A stretch of 64,000 nt of DNA from Chiloscyllium plagiosum (taxonomy: Eukaryota): assembly GCF_004010195.1 (NCBI RefSeq), contig NC_057719.1:24870750-24934749 (forward strand), written 5' to 3'. Position numbers and translations under genes: made by a program. The notes beneath the pieces were generated by a model. That model was given only the letters and a program-made list of their open reading frames with translations, did not search any database and was not told the origin of the DNA. Of the stretch, positions 39,495-52,363 are shown piece by piece; positions within the stretch are counted from its first letter, which is position 1; each line of letters starts with the position of its first letter.

Positions 39495-41259
39495 AGATGA
39501 ACCGAAACTGGCGAATTTGAAAAACTGAAAGATGATTTCATTTGGGGTATAGAATTAATTTAGGAATAAGAGATCCTCCCGAGGGAGCATATCCACTCAG
39601 AGAGGAGAGACTTACTCTCAAGAAAGCCATCAACATGTGCAGAACCTCTGAGATTTGTCAATTATTAGCTAGAGCATATTAATAGGATAACAATAAGAAT
39701 TTGAATTATGCTGAGAGACAGTTCACAATGAAGATATTTGCAGTGACCAGATCAAGATCAGAGCATATCATGAATGATAACTGCAGGAATCTGAATCACT
39801 TTGCATTCAAATGTTACTAGTTAAGGGGGGTGGATTGATGATTTTCCTTATTCTACCCCTCCTCTGACCTCAGCAAAGTTTGGATTTTAAAAGAAAATAA
39901 TATTGCCATTTGTATTTACTGATGTATAGGTGAATACAAACAGCTGCATCTTAGGAGGCATGGTGGCTCAATGGTTAGAACTCCTGCCTCACATAGTGTT
40001 ATGTGCATTAGTCAAGGGTAAATATAGGAAATCTAATCTCCTTAAATTAACAAATAATGAATTAGTTTATTGGAAAAGTAGAGATGCAAGAATTATTAAA
40101 AGGTTTAATATAAGCAAACATGTCCAACTTCCCTTCTTGAGAAGTCACAACAAAAATACAGCCAACTCTAAGTCTGAAAGAAAATATAAAACCTTGAAGC
40201 ATGCTATCCTAAATATTCCTTGACCAAGTAACAGTTAAATTTGGAAAAAATACATTCAGAAATTGCTTGAGGTATTGATTTTTAGGTGAAGCCACTAACC
40301 ATATATGCTTTTCACATCAGGGTTTCTTCAAGGACCAATTATAGCCAATTGCATTCTCTTTCTGGATGGTGTAACTTCAGATCAGGATACTTCACTGCAG
40401 TGATGAGGTCTTCCAGTGGAATCTCAACCCACAATCTTTAATTAGAGTAAGTTCAACAAAAAAGAGAGCGCAAAGTCTGTTGTCTCTGTGGCACATGCTT
40501 CTAGACTGTAGAAAAATTCAAAACCAATACAGTTTACACCCATAAATTCAGCCATGTGATCACTTTCGGATCAATGGATGAAATCTTTTGGTGTTTAAGC
40601 AAAGTGGGCTATGGTAGAATCAGACCAGAAGTCCAGTAAGGCCTGTTTCAACACTGGGAGCCTCTTGGATGCATTTGCCGAGTGTACCAGCCAATTTCTA
40701 ATAAGCCATGGCAAGTTGCCAATTGAAGGGCAGTAAAAATTGTTAAATTTTTAATAAGCCAACTCACCTCATTAATATTCAGCTTCCTCTCTTACCTAAT
40801 GCACCAACCAAGAATCAAGAATTCTTTACTTAAAATCCAGAACAGGTACTTGGCAACTTCAGTTCACCATTTGTTCTGAAGGTTTTCCATGTTGCACGCC
40901 AGGCATCAACATTTCAAGGTTGGGTCTGTGCACTCTGGCCACGTGCCGTGAAAGTTGCCATTCAATAGTCTCCAAAAACTCTTATGGCATGTCTCCGATC
41001 ATCTATGGTGTGCTTCATTTTCAATACTGCACCTCAAAGCACAATGGCAACTATCATTGTAATGGTGCTGCAAAGACATATTACACTCAGTCACACACAA
41101 CCAGCTCATGATCTGGAGCAGGGTGAACCTCCAGACTCTTTGTTTGCTATCCTAGTGCTCACTTACTGTGAGCCTGCCCGGATGATCACAGCATTGCTAG
41201 CAGGTATTGCGTTGCTTTTTTGCACCTTCCCCTGGAGATAGATGGTTCATGGGATGGTT

Positions 41260-43200
41260 CTAAGAGATTGGAAAACCATTAATGTGATACCTCTGTGCAA
41301 GAACAGAGGGAGACAGCAAGCAGGAAAGTGTAGGCCGGTCAGCCTAACACGTGTTATTGAGAAAATGTTAGACCTCATTATTAAGGGAAAAAACAGCAGT
41401 ACATTTGGGACACCTAACACATTCCAGCAGATCCATTTGGTATTGTGAAAGAAATATCAGGTTTGGCAAATTTGCTTAGGTTATTTGAGGATATAACAAG
41501 TAGAGTTGATAAAGGGAAACTAGCAGATGTAGCGAATTTTGGATTTCAATAACGCTTGATAAAGTGCCACATTAAAGATTATTGTATAAAATACCAGTTT
41601 ACAGTATTGGGATTAATATATTAGCACAGATTTAGGATTAGTTAACACACAGAAGACAGAGAGCTGGGATTAATTAGCCTTTTTCAGGTTGGAAAGAGCT
41701 AATTAATGGAGTGCCACAAGGATCAGTCGAGGGCCTCAGTTATTTACTATTTATATTCATGACTTAGAGGATGGTACAGCATGTAATGTATTTGAATTTG
41801 CGGATTATCCAAAAATAGAGAGCACGATTGTTTTGATGAGATTATAAGGAGTCTGCAAAGGGATATAGCTACATTGAATGACCAGTCGAAAATTTGGCGA
41901 GGAATATGTGAGGTCAAGCACTTTGGTAGGAAAAATCAAAAGGGAGACTATTATTTAAATGGAGAGAAAATCTCAAAAAATGCAGCGTAGAGGAATCTGG
42001 GTGTTCTTGTACATGAAACATAAGAATCACACTAGAATCTCTATAGTATGGAAACAGGCCCTTTAGCCCAACAAGACCCTCTGAAGAGTAACCAATCCAA
42101 ACCCATTCCATTACTCTACATTTACCCCTGACTAATGTACCTAACCTTACACATCCCTGAACACTATGGGCAATTTAGTATAGCCAATTCACCTAAACTG
42201 CACATCTTTGGATTGTGGGAGGAAACCCACACAGAAGCAGGGAGAATGTGCAAACTCCACACAGATAGTCGCCTGAGGCTGGGATTAAACCCAGGTTCCT
42301 GACTCTGTGAAGCAGCAGTGCTAACCATTGAGCCACCATGCCACCCACATAAAAAGCTAGCATGCAGATGCAGCAAGTTATGAGGAAGGAAAATAGAATT
42401 TTAGACTATATTGCTACAGGGTTTGGAGATTAAAAACAGGGAAGTCTTGTTACAGTTGAACATGGTGTTAGACAGTACACACCAGCAGTACTATGTGCAG
42501 TTTTTGTCACCATTTTTAAGAAGAATGGGATCAGTTACTGCAATTGAGTGAACAACTAGTTTATAATGCACAGTGATGCCAACAGCACAGGTTCAATTCT
42601 TTACCAGTTAAGATTACCATGAAAGTCCCACCTTGCCCCTTGCCTAAGGTATGGTGACCCTAAGGTTAAACAACTGCCAGTTATTTCTCCTTACTGAGAA
42701 AGTTTTCTAGGACATGGTGACTTTACCTTTATGTTTACAATTCCAAAAAGGTTCATGAGACTGCTTCCTGGAATCAAGTGGTTGACTTATCAAGAATAGC
42801 CAAACAAGTTTGGCATTTATTCATTCGAGTTTAGAAGAGTGAGGGGTGACCTTATTGAAACATCCAAGATTCTGAGGGGGCTTGACAGGGTAGATGTTGG
42901 GAAGGTTTTTTCCACTATTAGAGGAATCTTTAATTAGGGAGTATAGTTACATTCATTTGGAACTGTAATTTCTTCTATCAGAGAGGTATGAGTGTCTGAA
43001 TTCTCTTTCTCAGACAACTGCGAAAACTAGATTACTGAGAGTATTTAAAGAGGAAGTAGATAAATATTTGAAATATCAGGTAGTTGAATGCTTTAATAAG
43101 CTGGCACAGAAGAGTTGAATCCTGGGGCAGATCAGCCATGATCTTGTTAGATGGTAAGGCAGACTTGAGGGGCTGAATGGCCTAGTCTTAGTCCTGTTTT
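41260..43200 (+). mobile_element. Old decayed CR1 RT-to-3' fragment with nested SINEs
   Basis: DWKTINVIPL...RPVSLT motif, gtgccacaaggatcagt, and a recognisable 3' end. Confidence 0.8.
42033..42346 (-). mobile_element. HE1-type SINE nested in an old CR1
   Basis: Complete head and core on the minus strand; CR1 sequence resumes on both sides. Confidence 0.85.
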
Positions 43201-43526
43201 ATTAGTTACTACATTTATTTTGGGCGTATTCCATCTGGTTTCATGGAAGGTTTCTCTCCATGAAGCCTCATGTGTTTTCTTGAACAATTATCCCAAAGCT
43301 GCCTCATTAACTGCCTACTCCACCCCATGGTGCCCCTCTCATTCAATACTAGCCTAATTCTCCCACTCACTGTAGCCAAAAGAACTCACTACTGTTCAGA
43401 TATCTTGAATGGGCTAGCATCCCTGGTGCCAGTGCCGTGTTTAAAAGGCCAATGTACACCCAGGCAAACCTAGCTAGTCTGGAACCGCCCTGCACTGTTC
43501 ATACAGTTACCCCAGATAAGACAGAT

Positions 43527-43730
43527 AAGGGGGATTTGGTGCTCCGCTTTGCACCTGAGGTCTTTGTGGGTGGAGTGGTGCAGACGAGGATTGTTCTCTT
43601 TCACCAGAACCAGCAGAAGAGGCCACAACACCAGACCCTGCCAGCCTGACCTAAAGGCTGCCACCTGGGTCTGTGTGGTCTCTGCCGTTAGGAAGAATGC
43701 CAAGTAGTGTAGGAAAAAAGTCGACAGTTC
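43527..43730 (+). mobile_element. Myb/SANT-like domain pseudogene fragment (PIF/Harbinger accessory ORF type)
   Basis: RF..EVFVGGVVQTRIVLF...KRP....PA*..AATWV..VSAVRKNAK*CRKK. Both stops fall where the conserved W (TGG>TGA) and Q (CAG>TAG) are expected. A weaker similar relic lies at about 21540-21735. Confidence 0.55.
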
Positions 43731-45191
43731 ATCAGGATAAGTGTCACCAACTTCTCTCTGCTACCTGACACTGACTCTACGTTTGCTACTGCTCCTACCT
43801 GCCACCAAGGCTCATGATGTAGCACCCTCATTTGCAACACCTTCCCTCACCCGCCCCCACACCACTGAACCTATGCACTGTCCATTCGCTCACCTAGGAC
43901 ACCTCACCCACTTTCTCACATCTGCACCAGCTCAAACAGCTGTACGACCAGCTTTAATAACTGTCTGTTTCTCATTCCATGAGAAACATGCTTACAATCG
44001 GTCAAAAGATTTCCTATAGTATTCAGCACAATATTTCAGATGACACATCCACAAAACACACGCGTTTTGCTGGGGTGGGGGTGGGGGTTGGGGGGCAGGA
44101 GTGGGAGTGCAGTAAAACAAATCTACAAAGATCACTCCTGGAGAAATGTCAGACATTGTTTCTAATGAATCAATCTACACCATAAAACAGATATAACTAC
44201 AGAACCTTCAAGTGATAAGTGTTTTATGACCACCAGAATGAGAGCATCAAGTGAATGCAAAGAGATGCTTACCAGTGCAATGTGTAGTATCAAGAGCTTA
44301 GCATATCTATGCGAAATTGTTCGGGTAGACACCCAAATGTGAAGCTAACACAGGTAAAGTTGAATCTGGATGATGGGTCAATTCTTGTCCCAAGAAAGCA
44401 AACTAACCTGAGAGCCCAATGAAATGGAAGAGAGAGCATCTTCAGTCCCAGATAGTAGATAATTAGCAAAATCTGCATGTCTCAACTGAAATAAGTCTTT
44501 GTTTCGAAGCTTGGACTGATAAGCTGATGTACTCCAGAAGAGATTCTAAGCATTTCACAGGGAACAATTTTAAGAAAAATGATATGTTTTCATAGGTCTT
44601 GTATGTCTTCCTTGTGAATTTGATGACAGTGTGAGACCAACTCAGCATCTTCAAGAGAGTTCCAGCTGAGAAAGAAGTAAAAAGAAAGTAACAACTCCCA
44701 CAGACTGGATTAGGAGTATGGGAAAATGATGAGAAAAAACTGGAAAGCTGAGAATGTCATAAAGCTAAAGGATCTCAATAAAGCTTTAAAGAAATCTCAT
44801 GGGTCACGCCAAACTTTGAAGAAATTGTTTTGAAATTTGCCACGGCAAAGATCTTTCCTACAGTAGATATGAATAATGGATCCAGTGAAGTTGGATATAA
44901 AAGCAGCAATTTTCTGGTTTCATCCCAAATGTTATTTGAAAGGTAAAGATGATAGTGCATGCCATTTGGTATTTCTACTGATCCAGAAGAGTATCAACAC
45001 AGACAGCATGAAATGTCTTCCTGAAATGGAAGAAGTCATGGATATTCTGTTAGTGTATGGATGTGGATGTATGATGAAATGATATTATCACTGACCACAG
45101 TCAGGATCTAATGAGAGTGCCAGAGACAGTTCACAAGATGAATCTGAAGCTGACTGATTCAATTGAAGTTGGCTAAGGTCAAGTACAGCGG

Positions 45192-48100
45192 TCATAGCGA
45201 TAGAGTCATAGAGATGTACAGCATGGAAACAGATCCTTCAGTCCAACCCGTCCATGACAACCAGATATCCCAAACCAATCTCGTCCCATCTGCCAGCATC
45301 TGGCCCATATCCCTCCAAACCCTTCCTATTCACACACCCATCCAAATGCCTCTTAAATGTTTCAATTGTACCAGCCTCCACCACTTCCTCTAGCAGCTCA
45401 TTCCATACACGTACCACCCTCTGCGTGAAAAAGTTGCCCCTTAGGTCTCTTTTATATCTTTCCCCTCTCACCCTAAACCTATGCCCTCTAGTTCTGGACT
45501 CCCCCACCTCAGGGAAAAAGCTTTGTCTATTTGTCCATGCCCCTCATAATTTTGTAAACCTCTATAAGGTCACCCCTCAGCCCAGCCTGTTCAGCCTCTC
45601 CCCATAGCTCAAATCCTCCAACCCCGACAACATCCTTGTAAATCTTTTCGGAGCCCTTTTGAGTTGCACAATATATTTGCAATAGGAAGGAGACCAGATT
45701 TGCACGCAATATTCCAACAGTGGTCTAACCAATGTCCTGTATAGCCACAACATGATGTCCCAACCCCTGTACTCAATACTCTGACCAATAAAGGAAAGCA
45801 TACCAAACACCTTCTTCACTATCCTATCTACCTGCGACTCCACTTTCAAGGAGCTATGAACCTGCACTCGAAGGTCTCTTTGTTCAGCAACACTCTCTAG
45901 GACCTTACCATTAAGTGTACAAGTCCTGCTAAGATTTGCTTTCCCAAAAGGCAGCACCTCACATTTATTCGAATTAAACTCCATCTGCTACTTCTCGACC
46001 CGTTGGCCCATCTGATCAAGATCCTGTTGTAATCTGAGGTAACCTTCTTCGCCTCCAATTTTGGTGTCATCTGCAAACTTACTAACTGTACCTCTTATGT
46101 TCGCATCTAAATCATTTATGTAAATGACAAAAAGTAGAGGGCCCAGCACCAATCCTTGTGGCACTCCACTGGTCACAGGCCTCCAGTCTGAAAAACAACC
46201 CTCCACCACCACTCTCTGTCTTCTACCTTTGTATCCAAATGGCTAATTCTCCCTTTATTCCATGAGATCTAACCTTGTCGAACGCCCTACTGAAGTCCAT
46301 ATAAATCACATCTACTGCTCTTCCCTCATCAATCCTCTTTGTTACTTCTTCAAAAAACTCAATCAAGTTTGTGATACATGATTTCCCATGCACAAAGCCA
46401 TGTTGACTATCCCTAATCAGTCCTTGCCTTTCCAAATACATGCACATCCTGTCCCTCAGGATTCCCTCCAACAACTTTCCCACCACCGACATCAGGCTTA
46501 CTGGTTTATAGTTCCCTGGCTTGTCTTTACTATCCTTCTTAAAGAGTGGCACCACATTAGCCAACCTCCAGTCTTCCGGCACCTCACCTGTGACTATCCA
46601 TGTTACAAATATCTCAGCAAGAGACCCAGCAATCACTTCTCTAGCTTCCCACAGAGTTCTAGCGTATACCTGATCAGGTCCTGGGGATTTATTCGCCTTT
46701 ATGCATTTCAAGACATCCAGCACTTCCTCCTCTATAATATGGACATTTTACAAGGTGTCACCATCTATTTTGTTACTTTCTATATCTTCCATATCCTTTT
46801 CCACAGTAAATATTAATGCAAAATACTCGTTTAGTATCTCCCCTATTTTCTGTGGCTCCACATAAAGGATCTTTGAGGGGCCCTATTCTCTCCCTAGTTA
46901 TCCTTTTGTCCTTAACTTATTTGTTAAAGCCCTTCAGATTCTCCTTAACTCTATTTGCCAAAGCTATCTCATGTCCCCTTTTTGCCTTCGTGATTTCCCT
47001 CTTAACTATACTCCTACTGTCTTTATACTCTTTGAAGAATTCACTCGATCTATCCTGGCTATACCCTACATATGCTTCCTTCTTTTTCTTAACCAAACCC
47101 TCAATTTCTTTAGTCACCCAGCATTCCTTATATCTACCAGCCTTTCCTTTCACCCTGACAGGAATATACTTTCTCTGGATTCTCGTTATGTCATTTCTGA
47201 AGGCTTCCCATTTTCCAGCTGTCCCTTTATCTCCGAACATCTGCCCCCAATCAGCTTTTGAAAGTTCTTGCCTAATACCATCAAAATTGGCCTTTCTCCA
47301 ATTTAGAACTTCAACTTTTAGATCTGGTCTATCCTTTTCTATCACTATTTTAAATATAATTGAACTATGGTCGCTGACCCCAAAGTGCTCCTCCACTGAT
47401 ACCTCAGTCACCTGCCCTGCCTTATTTCCCAAGAGTAGGTCAACTTTTGCACCTTCTCTCGTAGGTACACCCACATACTGAATCAGAAAATTGTCTTGTC
47501 CACACTTAACAAATTCTTCTTCATCTAAACCCTTAACACTATGGCAGTCCCAGTCTATGTTTGGAAAGTTAAAATCCCCTACCATAACCACCCTATTATT
47601 CTTACAGATAGCTGTAAGTTACAAGTTTGTTTCTCAATTTCCCTTTGACTATTAGGGGGGCTGAAATACAATCTCAATAAAGTTGTCATCCCTTTCTTAT
47701 TTCTCAGTTCCACCCAAATAACTTCCCTGGGTGTACTTCTGGGAATATCCTCCCTCAGCACACCTGTAATGCTATCCCTTGTCAAAAATGCCACTCCCCC
47801 TCCTCTCTTGCCTCCCTTTCTATCCTTCCTGCAGCATTTGTATTGTGGAACATTAAGCTGCCAGTCCTGCCCATCCTTGAGCCATGTTTCTGTAATTGCT
47901 ATGATATCCCAGTCCCATGTTCCTAACCATGCGCTGAGTTCATCTGCTTTCCCTGTTAGGCCCCTTGCATTGAAATAAATGCAGTTTAATTTATCAGTCC
48001 TACCTTGTCCCAGCCTCCCCCGACTGTTTGACTCACTTCTGTTCTCAACTGTACCAATCTCAGATTGATCTCTTTCCTCACTATCTCCCTGGGCCCCACA

Positions 48101-50000
48101 CCCCTAACTTACTAGTTTAAATCCTCCCGAACAGCTCTAGCAAATCTCACTGCCAGTATATTAGTCCCCTTCCAATTTAGATGCAAACTGTCCTTCTTAT
48201 ACAGGTCACATCTACCCCAAAAGAGATTCCAATGGTCCAAAAATGTGAATCCTTCTCCCATACACCAGCTCCTCAGCCATGCATTCATCTGCTCTATCCT
48301 CCTATTTCTGCTCTCACTAGCTCATAGCACTGGGAATAATCCAGATATTACTAATCTCGAGGACCTCCTTTTTAAATTCCTGCCTGACTCCCTATAGTCT
48401 CCCTTCAGAATCTCAATCTTTTCCCTTCCTATGTCATTGGTTCCAATATGGACAATGACCTCTTGCTGGCCCCTCTCCCCCTTGAGAACAGTCTGCATCC
48501 TCTCTGAGACATCCTTGATCCTGGCACCAGGGAAGCAATACACCATTCTAATTTTTTGCTGCTGGCTACAGAAACATCTATCTGTACCTTGGACTAGAGA
48601 GTCCCCTCGCACAATTGATCTCTTGGAACCCGACGTACTCCTCACTGCATTAGAGCCAGTCTCAATACTAGAAACTTGGCTGTTCGTGCTACGTTCCCCT
48701 GAGAATCCATCACCCCCTACATTTTCCAAAACAACATACTTGGGTACACGGTGGGCGGCACGGTGGCACAGTGGTTAGCACTGCTGCCTCACAGCGCCAG
48801 AGACCCGTGTTCAATTCCCGCCTCAGGCGACTGACTGTGTGGAGTTTGCACGTTCTCCCCGTGTCTGCGTGGGTTTCCTCCGGGTGCTCCGGTTTCCTCC
48901 CACAGTCCAAAGATGTGCAGGTCAGGTGAATTGGCCATGCTAAATTGCCCGTAGTGTTAGGTAAGGGGTAAATGTAGGGGTATGGGTGGGTTGCACTTCG
49001 GCGGGTCGGTGTGGACTTGTTGGGCCGAAGAGCCTGTTTCCACACTGTAATGTAATCTAATGTAATCTAATCATGTAATGTAATCTAATTTAATACTTGT
49101 TTGAAATGGGTATAGCCACAGAAGGCTCCTGCACTAGCTGCCTACCTCTCTTACCTTTCCTGGTGTTAAGCCATCTATGTGACTGTATCTGCGACTTTTC
49201 CTCCTTCCTATAACTGCCATCCATCACATACTGTTACTATTGCAAGTTCCTCATTGCTTCTAACTGTTTCTCCAACCGATCCATTTGATCTGATAAGATT
49301 CTCAACCAACAGCATTTATTGCAGATATAATTTGCAACAGCCCTTAAACTCTTTTTAAACCCTCACATCTGACAAGAAGCACATATCACTCTACTAAAGG
49401 CCATTTTTGCTCTTTCACAATCTACAGACCCAGAAAATAACACCATCTTATTCCTCTACAAATACTGTCCAGGTTAAATTAATAGTTATGGCTTATATTT
49501 TAAGTTTAATCAAGACACATATCTCAAAAACATATAATCAAGAAAGAACCCACTCTACTTAGAACTGCAGACTTTCTGTAGGTCCCACTTAAAAACAATA
49601 CACTTATCTGCTACTGTGCTGTGAACTTCGCCCAAACAGTTCCTCCAAGATCAGTTGTGAAATTCACTGTTTGTTAATTTTCTTAGACGCACGCCGATGT
49701 CCAGCAATACATGAATTCAAACAGCAAAGGCTGTGTAGGTTCACTGCTGTGTCAGTTTCTTTCTCTCTCTCTCTCTGTCTCTCGCACAGACCTCACCATG
49801 TGCTTCCTTTGTCTGCTCTTCTCCCTTTTAAACCTGCTGTTGTTTTGACTTTTTTTTTTCAAAATTCCAAAACAATGCAACAGCATGTAAAACAGTAATT
49901 GCTGCTCCTGGAATTTGAGGAGATCACCTCCAACTTCTAAAATACCTCAATAAAGGAGCAGCTGTTACAGCCAGAAATTTTTCCCATCCTCCATCTTGGA
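45192..50000 (-). mobile_element. Near full-length CR1-clade LINE (5'UTR, ORF1 with SGNH esterase, ORF2 endonuclease + RT), disrupted
   Basis: ORF1 motifs GDSLV...CFPGARIKDV...VHIGTNDIG (48322-48729); endonuclease VGDFNFPNIDW...[42 protein letters not shown]; (CTATGA)-type tail at about 45192; 5' end at aagatggagg near 49998. Confidence 0.93.
48753..49092 (+). mobile_element. HE1-type tRNA-derived SINE nested in CR1 ORF1
   Basis: A box TGGCACAGTGG and B box GTTCAATTCC; (TAATC)-type tail; TSD atacttg at 48736-48742 and 49093-49099. Confidence 0.9.
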
Positions 50001-50825
50001 TAGGTTGAGGGCTGTAGCAGAAATGCAACAGCCAACAGTTAATGTGAAAGGAATAAATTCTTAGACTTGTGAATTAACTAGAAAGGCACTTGCTTATTTT
50101 GTTATCAGAGCATGAATCTCTATGCAAGCTGACTGCAAGGTATGCTCAGTGGTATTGCGGTAAAAAACAAGAAGCAGTTGTCACTCACATTAAACAACTA
50201 GCGATGGCAACACCAATGCTTATGTACCACAATGTCAATAATGAAGCCATTGTGCAGTACAAGTACAATGCCAATGAGACAGATCGTGGAGTAACCTTCA
50301 GGCAACAATGCTCCTGCTGAGGCCTAACTAATGTTTTATAAAAGTTTAGCTTTACTTCAATGCCTTTGTAGCCTTTTCCTCTCTTAATAAATCTAAGGAT
50401 CTTACCTGCATTTTGAAGCAGTCTTCTCAACCTCTCCTGCCACATTCAAAGATTTGTGTATGTACACCCATAGGTCTGTCTCATCTGTACCTTCTTGAAA
50501 ACTCTATCATTTAGTTCACATAATCTCTCCTAAATCTTCCCTCCAATATGAATTTAGATCGTCTGATCAACTCCTGAATTAGGCTTGAAACTACAATCTC
50601 AAGTGTAAATGTAGAAATGTAATTACTGAGACAACACTGCTAACATCATTTATACAATGAAAATGTAACGTACCTCATGCACTAAATTAGCCCAGTTAGA
50701 CTCACATTCTAGACCTCCATCACCTTCCCCTAAACATCCAGCTGATACTTTTCTCTCCTTAATGTTACATGTTCAAATCTCATTTTGAGGTTTGCACAAA
50801 AATCAATTCTAGAACAAAACAAGGA

Positions 50826-50920
50826 ACAGCTGCATTGTTAGAGGTGTTGACTTTTGGATAAAATGTTAAACAAAGGCCAAATCTGCCTGTTTAGGTGAAT
50901 GGAAAAGATCCAGTGGCACA
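50826..50920 (+). mobile_element. Deu-domain SINE remnant (AmnSINE1/SacSINE1-like)
   Basis: gctgcattgttagaggtgttgacttttggataaaatgttaaacaaaggcc...aggtgaatggaaaagatccagtggcac resembles the recalled Deu core. Confidence 0.55.
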
Positions 50921-51036
50921 CAAAATCAATTAGATAGCCTTTATTGTTGTCACAGCAACCATTACAAAACAAAACACTGGAATTTGTAAAGAGCTATGGA
51001 AATAGAAGAAAGTTCTAGCTTGCTGTTAAGAAGATC

Positions 51037-52198
51037 TTCAGTAAGGCATTCAACAAGGTTCCCCATGGGAGACCGATTAGCAAGGTGCGATCTCATGGTA
51101 TACAGGGAGAACTAGCCATTTGGATACAGAGCTGGTTCAAAGGTAGAAGACAGAGGGTGGTGGTAGAGGGTTGTTTTTCAGACTGGAGGCCTGTGATCAG
51201 TGGAGTGCCACAAGGATCGGTGCTGGGCCCTCTACTTTTTGTCATTTACATAAATGATTTGGATGCGAGCATAAGAGGTACAGTCAGTAAGTTTGCAGAT
51301 GACACCAAAATTGGAGGTGTAGTGGACAGCGAAGAGGGTTACCTCAGATTACAACAGGATCTGGACCAGATGGGCCAATGGGCTGAGAAGTGGCAGATGG
51401 AGTTTAATTCAGATAAATGTGAGGTGCTGCATTTTGGGAAAGCAAATCTTAGCAGGACTTTTACACTTAATGGTAAGGCCTAGGGAGTGTTGCTGAACAA
51501 AGGGACCTTAGAGTGCAGGTTCATAGCTTCTTGAAAGTGGAGTCGCAGGTCGATAGGATAGTGAAGAAGGCATTTGGTATGCTTTCCTTTATTGGTCAGA
51601 GTATTGAGTACAGGAGTTGGGACATCATGTTGCGGATGTACAGGACATTGGTTAGGCCACTGTTGGAATATTGCATGCAATTCTGGTCTCCTTCCTATCA
51701 GAAAGATGTTGTGAAACTCAAAAGGGTTCAGAAAAGATTTACAAGGATGTTACCAGGGTTGGAGGATATGAGCTACAGGGAGAGGCTGAACAGGCTGGGG
51801 CTGTTTTCCCTGGAGCGCGGAGGCTGAGTGGTGACCCTATAGAGGTTTACAAAATTATGAGGGGCATGGATAGGATAAATAGACAAAGTCTTTTCCCTGG
51901 GGTCGAGGAGTCCAGAACTAGAGGGCTAGGATTTAGGCTGAGAGGGGAAAGATATAAAAGAGACCTAAGGGGCAACTTTTTCACGCAGAGGGTGGTACGT
52001 GTATGCATTGAGCTGCCAGAGGAAGTGATGGAGGCTGGTACAATTGCAGCATTTAAGAGGCATTTGGATGGGTACACAAATAGGAAGGGTTTGGAGGGAT
52101 ATGGGCCGGGTGCTGGCAGATGGGACTAGATTGGGTTGGGATATCTGGTCGGCATGGACGGGTACATGCTGTACATCTCTATGACTCTATGACTCTAA
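51037..52198 (+). mobile_element. Young CR1 3' fragment
   Basis: RT ORFs 51085-52129; ctatgactctatgactct tail; very similar to 45192-46280. Confidence 0.92.
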
Positions 52199-52215
52199 GA
52201 CCTATGTTAATATAA

Positions 52216-52363
52216 GTCAAAAATAGAGTGCTGGAAATTCCTGATGACGGTCTTGTGTCCAAAATGTCGATTCTCCTGCTCCAGTGATGCTGCCTGACCT
52301 GCTTTGCTTTTCCAGCACCACACTCTTGACTCTGATCTCCAGCATCTGCAGTCCTCACTTTCT
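52216..52363 (+). mobile_element. Short Penelope-derived element with a short inverted head and a 15-bp TSD
   Basis: TSD cctatgttaatataa at 52201-52215 and 52364-52378; CTGATGA motif near 52241. Confidence 0.8.

Larger units (their letters stand above)
38865..50310 (+). mobile_element. Highly decayed Gypsy-type LTR retrotransposon (gag about 38985-39660; RT about 44640-45190 and 50000-50310), split by later insertions
   Basis: PBS-like ca|TGGTTTCAGAAG at 38865; gag-like LTLKKAINMCRTSE (39611-39652); RT-like TPTDWIRSM, KDLNKALKKSH, PNFEEIVLKFATAKIFPTVD, VKYSGH | DRLRAVAEMQQPT, and QEAVVTHIKQL..TPML. Confidence 0.65.

Noticed and set aside
39132..39496. Twin ORFs starting MWCWKNTAGQAASEEQE on both strands
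   Set aside because: Artefact of the palindromic Penelope-derived element.
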